This document shows, one piece after another, positions 20,824 to 30,882 of a stretch of 64,000 bases of DNA (within the stretch, counting starts at the first letter, position 1; each line of letters begins with the position of its first letter). A model generated the notes under the pieces. It had not been told where the DNA came from and did not search any database. It was given only the letters and a program-made list of their open reading frames with translations. A program made the translations under genes and the position numbers. This stretch comes from Chloroflexota bacterium (GTDB lineage Bacteria > Chloroflexota > UBA11872 > VXOZ01). The DNA is taken from the NCBI GenBank assembly GCA_964291655.2, contig OZ219802.1, positions 2,048,001 through 2,112,000 on the forward strand, given 5' to 3'.

Positions 20824-20915
20824 CGTCACTACCTCTCTACAAACTATCCCACCACCTCACCTTGCTTCTCTTCACACCAGTATATATCCAGTAGATCTAT
20901 TTTTGAGACACCCTC
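19272..20915 (-). mobile_element. IS1182-family insertion sequence
   Basis: TIRs GAGGCTGTCTCAA / TTGAGACACCCTC enclosing a transposase gene. Confidence 0.9.
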
Positions 20916-21182
20916 CCCAGGAGAGGGAGTGCTCCTGCTTGAAAGTGGGGTTATGCAAAGGTCTCCACCGGCCTTACGTTGCCGGAGTTGCCCAGGGACA
21001 GCCGCCGGATGCGGCTGTCGATTCTCGTTCTGGCTTGCCTATCCCTTAGCCGTCTGAACCAGTGGGCGTAGTCCTCGGTTTGGCGAATCTCGACCACCAT
21101 CATATTGTAGGCTACAGGATACTAGCGACACAAGGTGCCTTCTGCAGAGTCATTGGCCACTACTCTGATCTGACAAGAGCAC

Positions 21183-22277
21183 TCACGCGATCACTCTCCT
21201 GCCGTGCTCCGCGGACTCGTACGCCGCTTCCACTAACTCTAAGGCACGTACGCCGTCTTCCCAGTCGGGCTTGGCGGGCGCGCCCGCAACAATTCCTTCC
21301 AAGAACGCACGCAACTGAATTTCAAACGGATCGCCCCCTTCCAGGGCCACCGGCTCCCAGCCGGTCATGGGGTCGGCCTGGAGTTGGGTGGGATCGTAGC
21401 GGAAGCCGGGCGTGTTTGCCTGGAGTTGCTGGTGCATGGCGTTGAAGCTGAATATCAGGCTGCCGTCTTTACCGTCGATCTCGAAATACGGCACCTCTTC
21501 GTGCTTGCGCCGCGCCCAGGAGACGAACACGTCGCCCAGCGCTCCGTTGGCAAAGCGCATCTGCACCGTGGCTGCGTCTTCCACTTCTGCGGAAAAGCGC
21601 TCGCCCTCCGGCGTTTCGCGTTCCGCGTAGACCGTGGTCATATCGCACGACACGCGCTCGATAGGGCCGATCATCCACCCGAGCAGATCGAAGAAGTGCG
21701 CCATCATGTCGTGCACGATGCCGCCACCGGCCTCGGCTTTCTGGTAGAACCACGCGGGGCGATTCTCCACCCGCTGCGGCACAAAATAGCCGAAGACCCC
21801 GCGCACGTGGATGATGCGGCCGAGCGCGCCGGAGGCGAGGATCTCCTTGGCTTTGGCCGGACCACCTTGGAAGCGCATGTTCTGCACGATGCCGTGGCAT
21901 ACGCCGGCCTGCCGCGCCGCGCGCAGGAGATAGCGGCCTTCTGCGGCTGTATTTGTCAAGGGCTTATCGGTGTAAACGTGCTTGCCGTTTTGAATGGCCT
22001 GCAAGAGCGGCGTGAAGTGCAAGCGGTTGACAAGGCAGTTATCAATCACGTTTAGGTCTGGGTCGTCGATGAAGCTCTCCAAATCGTTGCTCGTCTTGGC
22101 CGCGCCGCACGCCTCCGCGAGAGGCGCGACTTTCGCCGGATCCCGCCCGTAAAGTGCGACCGCAACGTTGTGCCGTTCGCCAGCGACGACGAGGCCCTGT
22201 TCTTGTATCGCACGCAGCGCCGTGCTGTGCAGTTGCGCCATGCGTCCGGTGCCGAGTACCCCGACAGTTAGGTCCAT
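21183..22277 (-). CDS. Gfo/Idh/MocA family oxidoreductase
   Basis: Rossmann GTGRMA, KHVYTDKP, GGGIVHDMMAH. Confidence 0.9.
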   Translation of the reverse strand: MDLTVGVLGTGRMAQLHSTALRAIQEQGLVVAGERHNVAVALYGRDPAKVAPLAEACGAAKTSNDLESFIDDPDLNVIDNCLVNRLHFTPLLQAIQNGKHVYTDKPLTNTAAEGRYLLRAARQAGVCHGIVQNMRFQGGPAKAKEILASGALGRIIHVRGVFGYFVPQRVENRPAWFYQKAEAGGGIVHDMMAHFFDLLGWMIGPIERVSCDMTTVYAERETPEGERFSAEVEDAATVQMRFANGALGDVFVSWARRKHEEVPYFEIDGKDGSLIFSFNAMHQQLQANTPGFRYDPTQLQADPMTGWEPVALEGGDPFEIQLRAFLEGIVAGAPAKPDWEDGVRALELVEAAYESAEHGRRVIA

Positions 22278-22883
22278 TGGTGTGTATGCCTCCGGTTTTC
22301 AGGGAAGACGGTGTTGCAGCTCGTCTTCCGTAACACATTTTCTCTCGCGTGCTGCCCGCTCTTGCGTGCCTTTAGTATAACGAAGATGTGCGCAGGCCTA
22401 ATCCAGCTACAATGCGCGCGGCTGCCGCAGCGCCAAGACAGGTTTGCTATAGTTGCAGAAGAGGTCGGGCGGTCGTCCGCTTGCTGCCGTGCGAGACGTT
22501 GGCGTGACCCGGTACGCGGACGGGAAATCCATTTTCAGTTGAGGATCCCTCCCTACGAGACTCGGGACATGAATTGAGCGCCTCGGTTTGGGAGCAACCG
22601 CTAGATGCGGCGACGACGACTTGATGCGGTGGCTGAGACTCGATGCGCCGGCGGCGACTAGACGTTGCGACGACTTGATGTGGCGGCAGACAGACTCTCA
22701 CTCACTTGATGGGAGTGGGTTGGAGCCTGCCCCGTACTTGATACGGGGGTGAGGGTGATTCCAGCCGAAGTCAGCCCGCTGCCGTCTGCATGACGAGTTT
22801 CCCGGGGAGTTCCGCGCAGAGAAGCACGAAACTCGCCGCCGGCGCGAATACAAGACATTGAATCAGTTGGTGTAGGAGCAGCT

Positions 22884-23300
22884 ATGGCGCTGTGGTTATG
22901 GATTGGCGTAGCGTTTGTTTCTTGGGGACTGGCGTCGTTCTTCGGCAAGATGGTTGCGCCGTACTTTGGTGCGCCTTATCTCGTCTGGGTGCGGAGCATT
23001 ATCACCGTTTTCATGCTCTTGCCGCTGGTGTGGGCCCAGCGCCACAACTCGATCACGATTACGCCAACCTGGCAAACCTGGGTGCTCGTCGTCCTTGTCA
23101 CGGGGTTTACGGCCAGCGCCGTGATTGGATTCTACAATGGCTTGCGTCTGGGCGACGCTTCGCTCGTGACGCCTGCCAGCGGCACGTATCCCGTGCTGAC
23201 GGCGATACTGGCCGTGGTCTTCCTCGGCGAACAGCTTTCGGTCACGCGCGCGCTCGGCATCTTATTCGCTGTGATCGGTATTTTCTTCTTGACGCGTTAG
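22884..23300 (+). CDS. EamA/DMT family transporter (single domain)
   Basis: 5 TM, WGLASFFGK, ASLVTP, FLGEQLS; AGGAG RBS. Confidence 0.85.
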   Translation: MALWLWIGVAFVSWGLASFFGKMVAPYFGAPYLVWVRSIITVFMLLPLVWAQRHNSITITPTWQTWVLVVLVTGFTASAVIGFYNGLRLGDASLVTPASGTYPVLTAILAVVFLGEQLSVTRALGILFAVIGIFFLTR

Positions 23301-23478
23301 CACCATTACCTGATGGATGGGGTAGACCCATGTGCGCCGCCCCCATGTCCTTTCCCAGAGGGAGATTCTGCAACATTGCGGATAGAGGGCCGGTGAGTGT
23401 ACCCTCCATCTTCAGCGAGAGGGCGCAGCATACGGGCCAAAGAGAACCCGGCACAGTTTCGGTCCCCTCTCCCAGGAG

Positions 23479-23617
23479 GAGACCCTTGCGTAACTCCGTC
23501 ATTCCGGCGAAAGCCGGAATCCAGAGCGCGTTTACAACAAAAAACAGCATGATGTCAAGTCATTTCACCCCCATCCCAACCTTCCCCCTCAAAGATGAAG
23601 GGCTATGCAAAGGTATC
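23479..23617. mobile_element. 139-bp GAGACC-ended MITE (copy 2)
   Basis: Homologous to 7166-7304; flanked by direct repeats AGAGAA(C/A)CCGGCACAGTT(T/C)CGGT(C/T)CCCTCTCC. Confidence 0.82.
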
Positions 23618-23878
23618 CAGGAAAGAGAAACCGGCACAGTTCCGGTTCCCTCTCCTGGGGGGAGAGGGTTAGAGCCTGCCCCGTTCTCGAAACGGGGGTG
23701 AGGGAGGCTACTCACCTATCGGCCTGAGTTGAACAAACGACTCTCGTTAGTGAGAAGGCGAGAGCCCGCCCCATGTGCGATACGTGGGTGATATGTGAAA
23801 CCAGCAAATTGGCAGCGCGGCATAACGTATAATTGCCGTTACAGGTCTTGCTAACGCATAAGAAGGAAACCGTAGGCT

Positions 23879-24640
23879 ATGAAGCTGGCAGATAAAGTAG
23901 CAGTCATCACCGGCGCCGGGTCCGGTATTGGGTACGAAATGGCAACGCTCTTCGCCCGGGAAGGCGCCACCATCATGGGCGCGGACGTGGACGCGGACGG
24001 CTTAGCCACCACCGCCTCAGCAGTAGAAGAGATTGGCCGCCCCATGCGCACATTCGTGGCCGACGTGACCGATCCCACCGCCGTGGAACACCTGATGGCC
24101 GAGACAGTAGAGGCTTTCGGCAGCATCGACGTCCTCTGCAACAACGCCGGCATCGGCCACGTGGGCAGCGTGCTGGAGGTCACCCCCGAGGAGTGGGACC
24201 GCGTGATGGCCGTGAACGTGCGCGGCGTCTGGCTGGGCTGCAAGTACGCCGTGCCCTACATGCTGGCGCAGGGCGGCGGCATCATCGTGAATACGGCGTC
24301 GGTGGCGGGACAGGTCGGCCTGCCCAAGCGCGCCGTCTATAGCGCGTCCAAAGGCGCGGTGATCGCCCTGACGAAACAGGTTGCCATCGAGTACGTGGCT
24401 GAGAACATCCGCGTGAACTGCGTCTGCCCGGGCACGGTGGAAACGCCGTGGGTCCAACGCCTCCTGGCAATCGAGGACGATCCGGCCGCCGCTATGGAAA
24501 ACCTCCGCCTCCGCCAACCCATGGGCCGCCTCGGCCAACCCGACGAGGTCGCCAAAGCCGCCCTCTACCTCGCCTCCGACGCCGCCGAGTTTATTACAGG
24601 CACTGAGTTAGTCATAGACGGCGGCCTTACAGCGCGGTAA
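23879..24640 (+). CDS. SDR family oxidoreductase
   Basis: TGAGSGIG, NNAG, YSASK, IRVNCVCPG, DGG. Confidence 0.95.
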   Translation: MKLADKVAVITGAGSGIGYEMATLFAREGATIMGADVDADGLATTASAVEEIGRPMRTFVADVTDPTAVEHLMAETVEAFGSIDVLCNNAGIGHVGSVLEVTPEEWDRVMAVNVRGVWLGCKYAVPYMLAQGGGIIVNTASVAGQVGLPKRAVYSASKGAVIALTKQVAIEYVAENIRVNCVCPGTVETPWVQRLLAIEDDPAAAMENLRLRQPMGRLGQPDEVAKAALYLASDAAEFITGTELVIDGGLTAR

Positions 24641-24768
24641 CGTTACTGCCGGGTACCGTTACGAGTGCAATCCCTTTTGTCCCCAGTGGGCTCCCCATGG
24701 AAACTTGACCGGGCTGCCCCTATCCCAATCCGTGGAGCACTGCGTCAATTAGATTCAATCTGTGTGGC

Positions 24769-24800
24769 GTAACGACTAGTGTATATGTTACACTTAGACC
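24769..24800 (+). promoter_or_regulatory. Extended -10 promoter (TGnTACACT) for a probable leaderless mRNA, with overlapping inverted repeat GTAAC-N13-GTTAC
   Basis: TACACT at 24789-24794, 6 nt before ATG 24801, no SD motif. Confidence 0.55.
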
Positions 24801-26366
24801 ATGGCATCAGCATCCCGTCGATCACTTCTTCAAGCACGAATTCTGCTCCGGTTGGAGCAGGGACCAGTTAAGACTGTCTCCGAGCTTGCCATAGCAGTGG
24901 GTGCACAGCGGCCTTCTGTTAGCCGTTCCCTCAAATCGCTTCGGAATGACAATCTAGTTGAACGAAAGCGCAACGGCTGGAATCTGACTCCGATGGGAGT
25001 AGATGAGGCAGAGCGGTGTAATGAGGAACTTTCCAAGTCCGTCCGAGAATTCCAGCGTGCATATAAGTCAATTGCTTTAGGCGGAGAATTAACGAAGGTC
25101 AATAGGGCCATTGCCGATTCACTAGGGAACGGCATTGCATCTAATCTATTCAAGAAACTTAAAGTAGCAACTGCCTCTGCTAATGCATTGAAAGCTAGTC
25201 AGGCCCTCACCGATTCACTAGGGAATGACATTGCATCTAACCTATTCAAGAGTCTTGAGGAAGCAACTGCCTCGGTTAAGGCCTTAGAAGCCAACAGTGC
25301 CCTTTGCGAGTTTCTCGAGATCGCCAAAGCCCCCGCCTTCTCCAAGATCCTGGAAGATGCATCTGCCACAGTTGAAATCATGAAATCCAGTACGGCCTTC
25401 AGCGAAACCCTTGGTAGGGGCGTTCTGAACAATCCCCAAGTCGACATTCTTCCTATGAGTCTTACGGGTGCCCAAGACGCGCTGTCCAATTTCCTCTCTC
25501 AGCCGAATTCGCCTGGGCTCAGTGAAGTGCTCTCCCAATCTCTAGCACCGTTGGCCGAGACTCAACTTAGGATTTCGGGCTTGTTTACCAAGTCAATGGC
25601 TCTTCCAGACACAGGATTAGTCTTGTCTCAGAGCAACGGCTTAATCGCTAGAGCTCTAGAAGATGTTGAAACCATATATTCAGCTCCCAAAATTCGTTCT
25701 CAGGGGTTTGACAGCGTTTTCTATCCCGAAGTGCTCCGTGACATTCGACAGATTGGCGCATCCATACGCTCGCTGCTCCAAGAAACTACCGAGATCGCTG
25801 CAGCAACCCACAATCCACTTGACATGCAACAAACGTGGTCAAGAATGCTCATACCTAGCTCAACTGTTGCCAACTATACACGCTCATTGCGCTCCGAACT
25901 TGAGGTCACACCTGACATTGCTATTGAGGTATTGCCGCCCCTGTCCCACCGGGAGGACCAAAGTGAACCGCTCAATCTTCTGTTAATCGAGTTAAACCCG
26001 GATCTCGCGGACAAGTGGCGGGGAAGTTGGGAGGCACTAGAAGGGTCTAACCCAGATGGATTAAGCCAAGCAGCGTTCTCGTACCGAGAGCTTATTCGGA
26101 TGGTGTTGGATGAACTTGTCCCCGAAGTTGAACTAGACCGAACCGAGCAAGGGTCGAAGCGAAAGCAGCAGGTTCGTCAATTTTTGCAGGGAAGTGAAGG
26201 GGACTTTGCTTACGTGATGATAGTAGGGCTATCCAAGCTCTATGACTTTCTTAGCAAGCCTGCACATACTAACTATCGGAACAAGCTCGCGGTACAAGCC
26301 GCCCTTATGGCAGGAGATGGACTTCTGTTGCTCCTGCTGTCTGGCAGAAGAGACTACGATGCTTAG
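24801..26366 (+). CDS. wHTH + 32-aa repeats + predicted pPIWI-associating-nuclease-like C-terminal domain
   Basis: N-terminal HTH (TVSELAIAVGAQRPSVSRSLKSL..LT..G); repeats DSLGNxIASNLFKxL; C-terminal GSWEALEGSNPDGLSQAAFSYREL; visibly lower GC than neighbours. Confidence 0.65.
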   Translation: MASASRRSLLQARILLRLEQGPVKTVSELAIAVGAQRPSVSRSLKSLRNDNLVERKRNGWNLTPMGVDEAERCNEELSKSVREFQRAYKSIALGGELTKVNRAIADSLGNGIASNLFKKLKVATASANALKASQALTDSLGNDIASNLFKSLEEATASVKALEANSALCEFLEIAKAPAFSKILEDASATVEIMKSSTAFSETLGRGVLNNPQVDILPMSLTGAQDALSNFLSQPNSPGLSEVLSQSLAPLAETQLRISGLFTKSMALPDTGLVLSQSNGLIARALEDVETIYSAPKIRSQGFDSVFYPEVLRDIRQIGASIRSLLQETTEIAAATHNPLDMQQTWSRMLIPSSTVANYTRSLRSELEVTPDIAIEVLPPLSHREDQSEPLNLLLIELNPDLADKWRGSWEALEGSNPDGLSQAAFSYRELIRMVLDELVPEVELDRTEQGSKRKQQVRQFLQGSEGDFAYVMIVGLSKLYDFLSKPAHTNYRNKLAVQAALMAGDGLLLLLLSGRRDYDA

Positions 26367-26554
26367 TGGCAGTCCTCGACGCCTGTTCGACCAATGAATT
26401 TTCGAAAGGAATAGTCAATCGAATTGGGAGTTCAGGAGCCGCCTGACCACAGGCACATGGTTTGGCTTCAAGTCCGGGTACAAGTGCGCAGTCAGATTCT
26501 GGTACTAGCCAATCTTCTCTCAGCGAATGTCAACCTGTAGGAAGAGGAAACGTG

Positions 26555-26800
26555 ACGACCGGAGCGGGTGATGGTGCGGAAGTGTTGGCCGATGGCGGTG
26601 GTGTGTGCGGGATGGCGGTTGTCGGCCCATACCTCCAAGTGAGACTCTGACGTTACGACTATTTCGGCGTGAATGCGATAGCCGGCCCACACTCCCAGGC
26701 ACGGCTGCACTTTCACAACCATGTCCTCGCTATACCGGAATTCGTCCAAGTGGTGCAATTTGAATCCGGTACTGTCCTGCCCCATCACGTGCGCGATCTC
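26555..26800 (-). pseudogene. Degenerate duplicate of the 3' part of the CocE hydrolase gene (28296-30344)
   Basis: ESHLEVWADNRHPAHTTAIGQHFRTITRS vs ESRLEVWADNRNPANTTATGQHFRTITRS; shared run GGAGCGGGTGATGGTGCGGAAGTGTTGGCCG. Confidence 0.8.
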
Positions 26801-26934
26801 CCAAGAGACTGCACGGGGCGGCTTTAAATGCGTTCTCTGTTTGAGCTTTAGTGTTCATTGGGTCCACCGCCCAGTGATTGAGCCAGCACGTTTTCCCGCT
26901 TGTCTAACTTTACTGCGTGTGGCTCACCGTGGCC

Positions 26935-27897
26935 TTACGCCTTACGGAATATCACACCCCCGTTGTGGCCTTTGCGGATGGCGTTGATGCGCCAGGCGAG
27001 GACCGGATGGGTTGACGTGAAGTTGACCACTCGCGCCCAATGGCTGCCTTGATCAACCGTTTCTTCGATGTGCTCCGCCAGGTCCAGGCCGTCATAGAGA
27101 TGCTTGCCCGCGGTGAGCATGAGCAGGCCTTTGCAGTCCAGGTCTTGCGCAATGGCATGGCCCACTTTATCGCAGCCATACTCTTTGGCCCGGCCCAGCG
27201 GCAGGCCGATGAGGTAGTTGATCGGGAAAGCCACATTAAAAAGAAACGTGAACATGACGTACCACCACGAAACGTGCCCCAGCCGGATGTGGCCGGCCTC
27301 GTGGCCCAGTATGAATTTCAGGCTGTCCCAGTCCTCGTTCCGTAGGCAAGTCTCCAGCAGGTCCGAGTAAATGGCGCTGAAATTCCGCGATCCCGGCACG
27401 CATCCTGCTAAGGCATTCAGGGAGCCATCGCCATTGATGGTGTAGAGATCGGGAACCTCCTCAATCCCCACTTGCCGCGTCAGGTCTTCCCACATGGCGT
27501 ATACCTCCGGAAACTGCCGCGCGGTAATGCGGACGGCGTTGGCGCGCAGCTTGCCGTATTCCCTGCCGAAGGTCCACACCACCAGCAGCATAAGGCCCAC
27601 CGGCACCAGCAGGATGATTGTGGGAGACAGATAGGTATCGAGGAATTCGAGCGTCTCCCTTTCTTCCGCGGGCAGGAGTGTCCTAATCGCTTCATCCGAC
27701 AGGTCCGCCGCCACCGGGTTGGCTTGGCGGTAGGTTGCCACGACTTCACCTGTGTACAGTGAAATTACTTCACCCCTGGCAAACGCCAACAGCAAGAAGA
27801 TAGCAAACAGCATCACGGACGCCGCTATGCACAGACCCAACAGCCACCGCTCCACCGGATGCCTGAGCTTGCCTACATCTATCAGCTGCTGTTCCAT
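26935..27897 (-). CDS. M48 family (HtpX-like) Zn metallopeptidase
   Basis: N-terminal TMs, QFPEV, GHEAGH (HExxH), EYGCD, THP. Confidence 0.9.
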   Translation of the reverse strand: MEQQLIDVGKLRHPVERWLLGLCIAASVMLFAIFLLLAFARGEVISLYTGEVVATYRQANPVAADLSDEAIRTLLPAEERETLEFLDTYLSPTIILLVPVGLMLLVVWTFGREYGKLRANAVRITARQFPEVYAMWEDLTRQVGIEEVPDLYTINGDGSLNALAGCVPGSRNFSAIYSDLLETCLRNEDWDSLKFILGHEAGHIRLGHVSWWYVMFTFLFNVAFPINYLIGLPLGRAKEYGCDKVGHAIAQDLDCKGLLMLTAGKHLYDGLDLAEHIEETVDQGSHWARVVNFTSTHPVLAWRINAIRKGHNGGVIFRKA

Positions 27898-28295
27898 GAG
27901 CTGTCTCTCCCTGTTTCTGGATTGCGTCAGCGTGGTAACGGCTCCTCCTGTCGAGATATTGTGGTCAGATTATACCTGAACTAGAGGGTATCAATAGGTA
28001 AAGCAGATTCCCGCTTCGGCTCAAAATGAGGCGGACGGATGAAGGGAGCAGACTACCCCCGTCAAGACGTGTATTGGCGAACTCTACGTGCTAGAGCTAG
28101 ACTTCGGCGCCCACTATTGCAGTAGTCGCTCTGCCGGACAGAAGCCAGCCCTGGCGTGCAGGTACCTGCTTGAACTGAGATTCGTCTGCCCTTCAGCGTC
28201 CGGGCAACACCTGCGATTCAGTAGCCGGCTGACCTAGATTGACTGTGATGCGAGTGTATGGCAAGGGAGCTACGCGCTCACGGGTAGCTGCCTAA

Positions 28296-30344
28296 TCACA
28301 GTAGTTCCCTCTTGAACGTCTCCACCCATCTTCTCTGATGGTGGGGCAGGCCGTTGAGGCGGACATCTAAATCTATGGCGACGTGGATGGTGTCGTGGGT
28401 GCTGCGGACGTTGGCGGCGGTGTCGATGTTGATCGTGCCGTCGGAGCGGGTGATGGTGCGGAAGTGTTGGCCGGTGGCGGTGGTATTGGCGGGATTGCGG
28501 TTGTCGGCCCAGACCTCCAGGCGCGACTCCGTCTTCACGGTCATGTCAGCGCTGGCCTTGACCTCGTTCACGAGATGAAGCTTCAGGCCGGTGCGGTCGC
28601 GCAGCACGTCGTGGATGATTTCCCAGGGCACGACGCGGGGCGAGACCGCCGGATACGTGCGCGGCGCGGCGGACGGCTCGTACGCCATCTCGTCGGGCGG
28701 CAGCTCGCCCGCGGGAGCCTGACGCGTGGGCACCACCGGCAGTTCCAGGTGCGATTCGCGCCCATTGTCCCGATAGACGCGGTTCCTGCCGTTATAGGGT
28801 GTCGGCCACACGTTGGGAAAGTCCGCGCTGCTGATGGAGAGCCGGATGCGGTGCCCCCGCTCGAAACGCCAGGCCGTAGCGTCCAGGTCCACGTGAAGTT
28901 CATAGACTGCCCCCGGTTCCAGAGGCTCCGGGTCGGTGAGCGAGTTGCGCCGAGTCCCGTTCAGCACGCCCATCGTCACCAGCGCGCTGGCGCCGTCCGG
29001 CGCCACGTCCGAGAGCCGCGCCACGAACGCCATCACCGGCGCGGTGGAACTGACATGGAGGACGGCTTTGCCCATGCCGATGATCTCCAGCGGTTCTTCC
29101 AAAGGCGCGGAGGTGTAGTTGGCGGAAAAAAACTCGTCCACGCGCTGGTCGCCGGGCAGGCCGAACGGCACCCCCGCGCTCCACAGACCGCCGGCGATGC
29201 CCACCGACGGCCGATATTCGTATTCCTCATAGCCGTCGTGGGTGGTGTGGGGATTGTCCGGCGCAAGGTCGCTGCCGAGGACAAGCCGCTGCGTGCGCCC
29301 ACCGGGAATAGGATATCCCGGCTCGCAGCGCCAGTAGCCGGTGGTGTGGGTGCGGGCGGGATCCGGCACGTCGAAGGTCTGCATGTACACATTGATCGCC
29401 GGCTCGTCCATGATGCCGTTGTCAATGCCTTTGAGCCAGTAGTCGCACCAACGCACGGCCAGATGCTCCCGCGCCAGCGACGGCCCGGGCGTTTCGCAGT
29501 CCGGGCCGGAGTGGTTCCAGGGCCCGATGAGCACCTTAGCCGGCGCGGTCATGTGCTGTGAGGTGCGCAACGGCGCGTTGCAGTAGCCGTCGCGCCAGCC
29601 GCCAATGAGGAGCGCAGACGCCTTGATCTCGTGGTAGCGTCCCCGAATGCTGCCGGGCCGCCAGTATTCCCCATCCGTCTGGTTCGCCAACCACGTGAGC
29701 AAGTACGGAGCATTCTGCTCCAGGCGTTGCTCCCACAGTTCCGCCCAGCGCGCGCCGCTGTATTCGGGATAGGGCGGCATGGCGTTCATGCCTACCATTG
29801 CGCTGCCGTACGAGCCGATGTCGTAGTAGCAGCGCCAGGCCCCGCCGCGGTAGTGGCAGTCGTCCGTGTAGCGGTCGTCCGTGTAGTTCCAGGGAATGAT
29901 GGTCACCAGATGCGGCGGCGCGAGGGCCGCGACCTGCACACTGGTGAAACCGCCGTACGAGCCGCCAGTCATGGCCACCTTGCCGTCGCACCAGTCCTGC
30001 GCGGCGATCCATTGCTCCACGTCGTAACCGTCGCGGATCTCCACGGGACGGTACTCGTCGTCGTTCATACCTTCGCTGGAGCCGGTGCCCCGGCAGTCGA
30101 CGCGCGCGCCCACGTAACCATGCTCCGCCCAGTGGTGTTGCATGCCAGTGAGCGGCGCTTGGTCGTCCTTGCGGTACGGGATATACGTCAGAATAACCGG
30201 CCACGGCCCCTCCCCCACCGGCACGTGCAAATCCATGGCAAGCTTCGTGCCGTCACGGGTAGGCACCATGATGTTCTTATAGAAGCGAATGCCCGCCGCA
30301 TCGACTGCCATGGGCTGCACGCCGGAATTCACATTGTTAAGCAT
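28296..30344 (-). CDS. CocE/NonD family hydrolase
   Basis: RDGTKLA, PYRKD, DCRGTGSSEG, GGSYGG, GGWRDGY, GPWNH, C-terminal domain GHRIRLSISS. Confidence 0.93.
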   Translation of the reverse strand: MLNNVNSGVQPMAVDAAGIRFYKNIMVPTRDGTKLAMDLHVPVGEGPWPVILTYIPYRKDDQAPLTGMQHHWAEHGYVGARVDCRGTGSSEGMNDDEYRPVEIRDGYDVEQWIAAQDWCDGKVAMTGGSYGGFTSVQVAALAPPHLVTIIPWNYTDDRYTDDCHYRGGAWRCYYDIGSYGSAMVGMNAMPPYPEYSGARWAELWEQRLEQNAPYLLTWLANQTDGEYWRPGSIRGRYHEIKASALLIGGWRDGYCNAPLRTSQHMTAPAKVLIGPWNHSGPDCETPGPSLAREHLAVRWCDYWLKGIDNGIMDEPAINVYMQTFDVPDPARTHTTGYWRCEPGYPIPGGRTQRLVLGSDLAPDNPHTTHDGYEEYEYRPSVGIAGGLWSAGVPFGLPGDQRVDEFFSANYTSAPLEEPLEIIGMGKAVLHVSSTAPVMAFVARLSDVAPDGASALVTMGVLNGTRRNSLTDPEPLEPGAVYELHVDLDATAWRFERGHRIRLSISSADFPNVWPTPYNGRNRVYRDNGRESHLELPVVPTRQAPAGELPPDEMAYEPSAAPRTYPAVSPRVVPWEIIHDVLRDRTGLKLHLVNEVKASADMTVKTESRLEVWADNRNPANTTATGQHFRTITRSDGTINIDTAANVRSTHDTIHVAIDLDVRLNGLPHHQRRWVETFKRELL

Positions 30345-30456
30345 GTATGCGCCTCTTGTCCAAGTGCGCTCGCCAAGAGTAATCTCGGCCTATGCCTTCG
30401 AAGGTCGCCAAGCGTCAGTCACAGGCTTCCTACCGGAGCGGAAGCTATCGGACCAA

Positions 30457-30852
30457 TCAGCATGCGCATGCAAAGTCGGTCTCACCGGCTCCTGCCGTGC
30501 CGTGGGTAGCGTAGCCGTCACGTATCCACCAATCGAGCCCGCCGATCAGTTCGCGCACCTGGAAGCCAAGCTCCAGGAGTTTCAGCGCCGTCTTGGTGGA
30601 AGCATTGCAGCCGATCCCGTCACAGTAGCAGACATAGGTGTGTGACTTGTCGAGCGCCGCGGTTGATTCGGAGCTGATTTGCCGGTGAGGAAGGCTGATT
30701 GCGCCGGGGATATGCTCGGTGGCATAGGCGCTGGCAGCGCGGCCGTCCACAACAACGATGCGATCGTCTAATCCCATAGCCTCGTAAAGGTCCGCCGAGT
30801 CTATTTCGTAGGTGAGTTTGGCCTGGTAATATGCGATCTGACTGTGTCTCAT
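30457..30852 (-). CDS. Rhodanese-like domain protein
   Basis: VVDGR, HIPGAI, YCDGIGCNAS, LIGGLDWW. Confidence 0.9.
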   Translation of the reverse strand: MRHSQIAYYQAKLTYEIDSADLYEAMGLDDRIVVVDGRAASAYATEHIPGAISLPHRQISSESTAALDKSHTYVCYCDGIGCNASTKTALKLLELGFQVRELIGGLDWWIRDGYATHGTAGAGETDFACAC

Positions 30853-30882
30853 CTTGTTCTTCCCGGGCGATGCGGCGCTTAG

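Noticed and set aside
26555-28620. DGR template/variable repeat pair
   Set aside because: Mismatches involve all bases rather than adenines only, and there is no reverse transcriptase in the window
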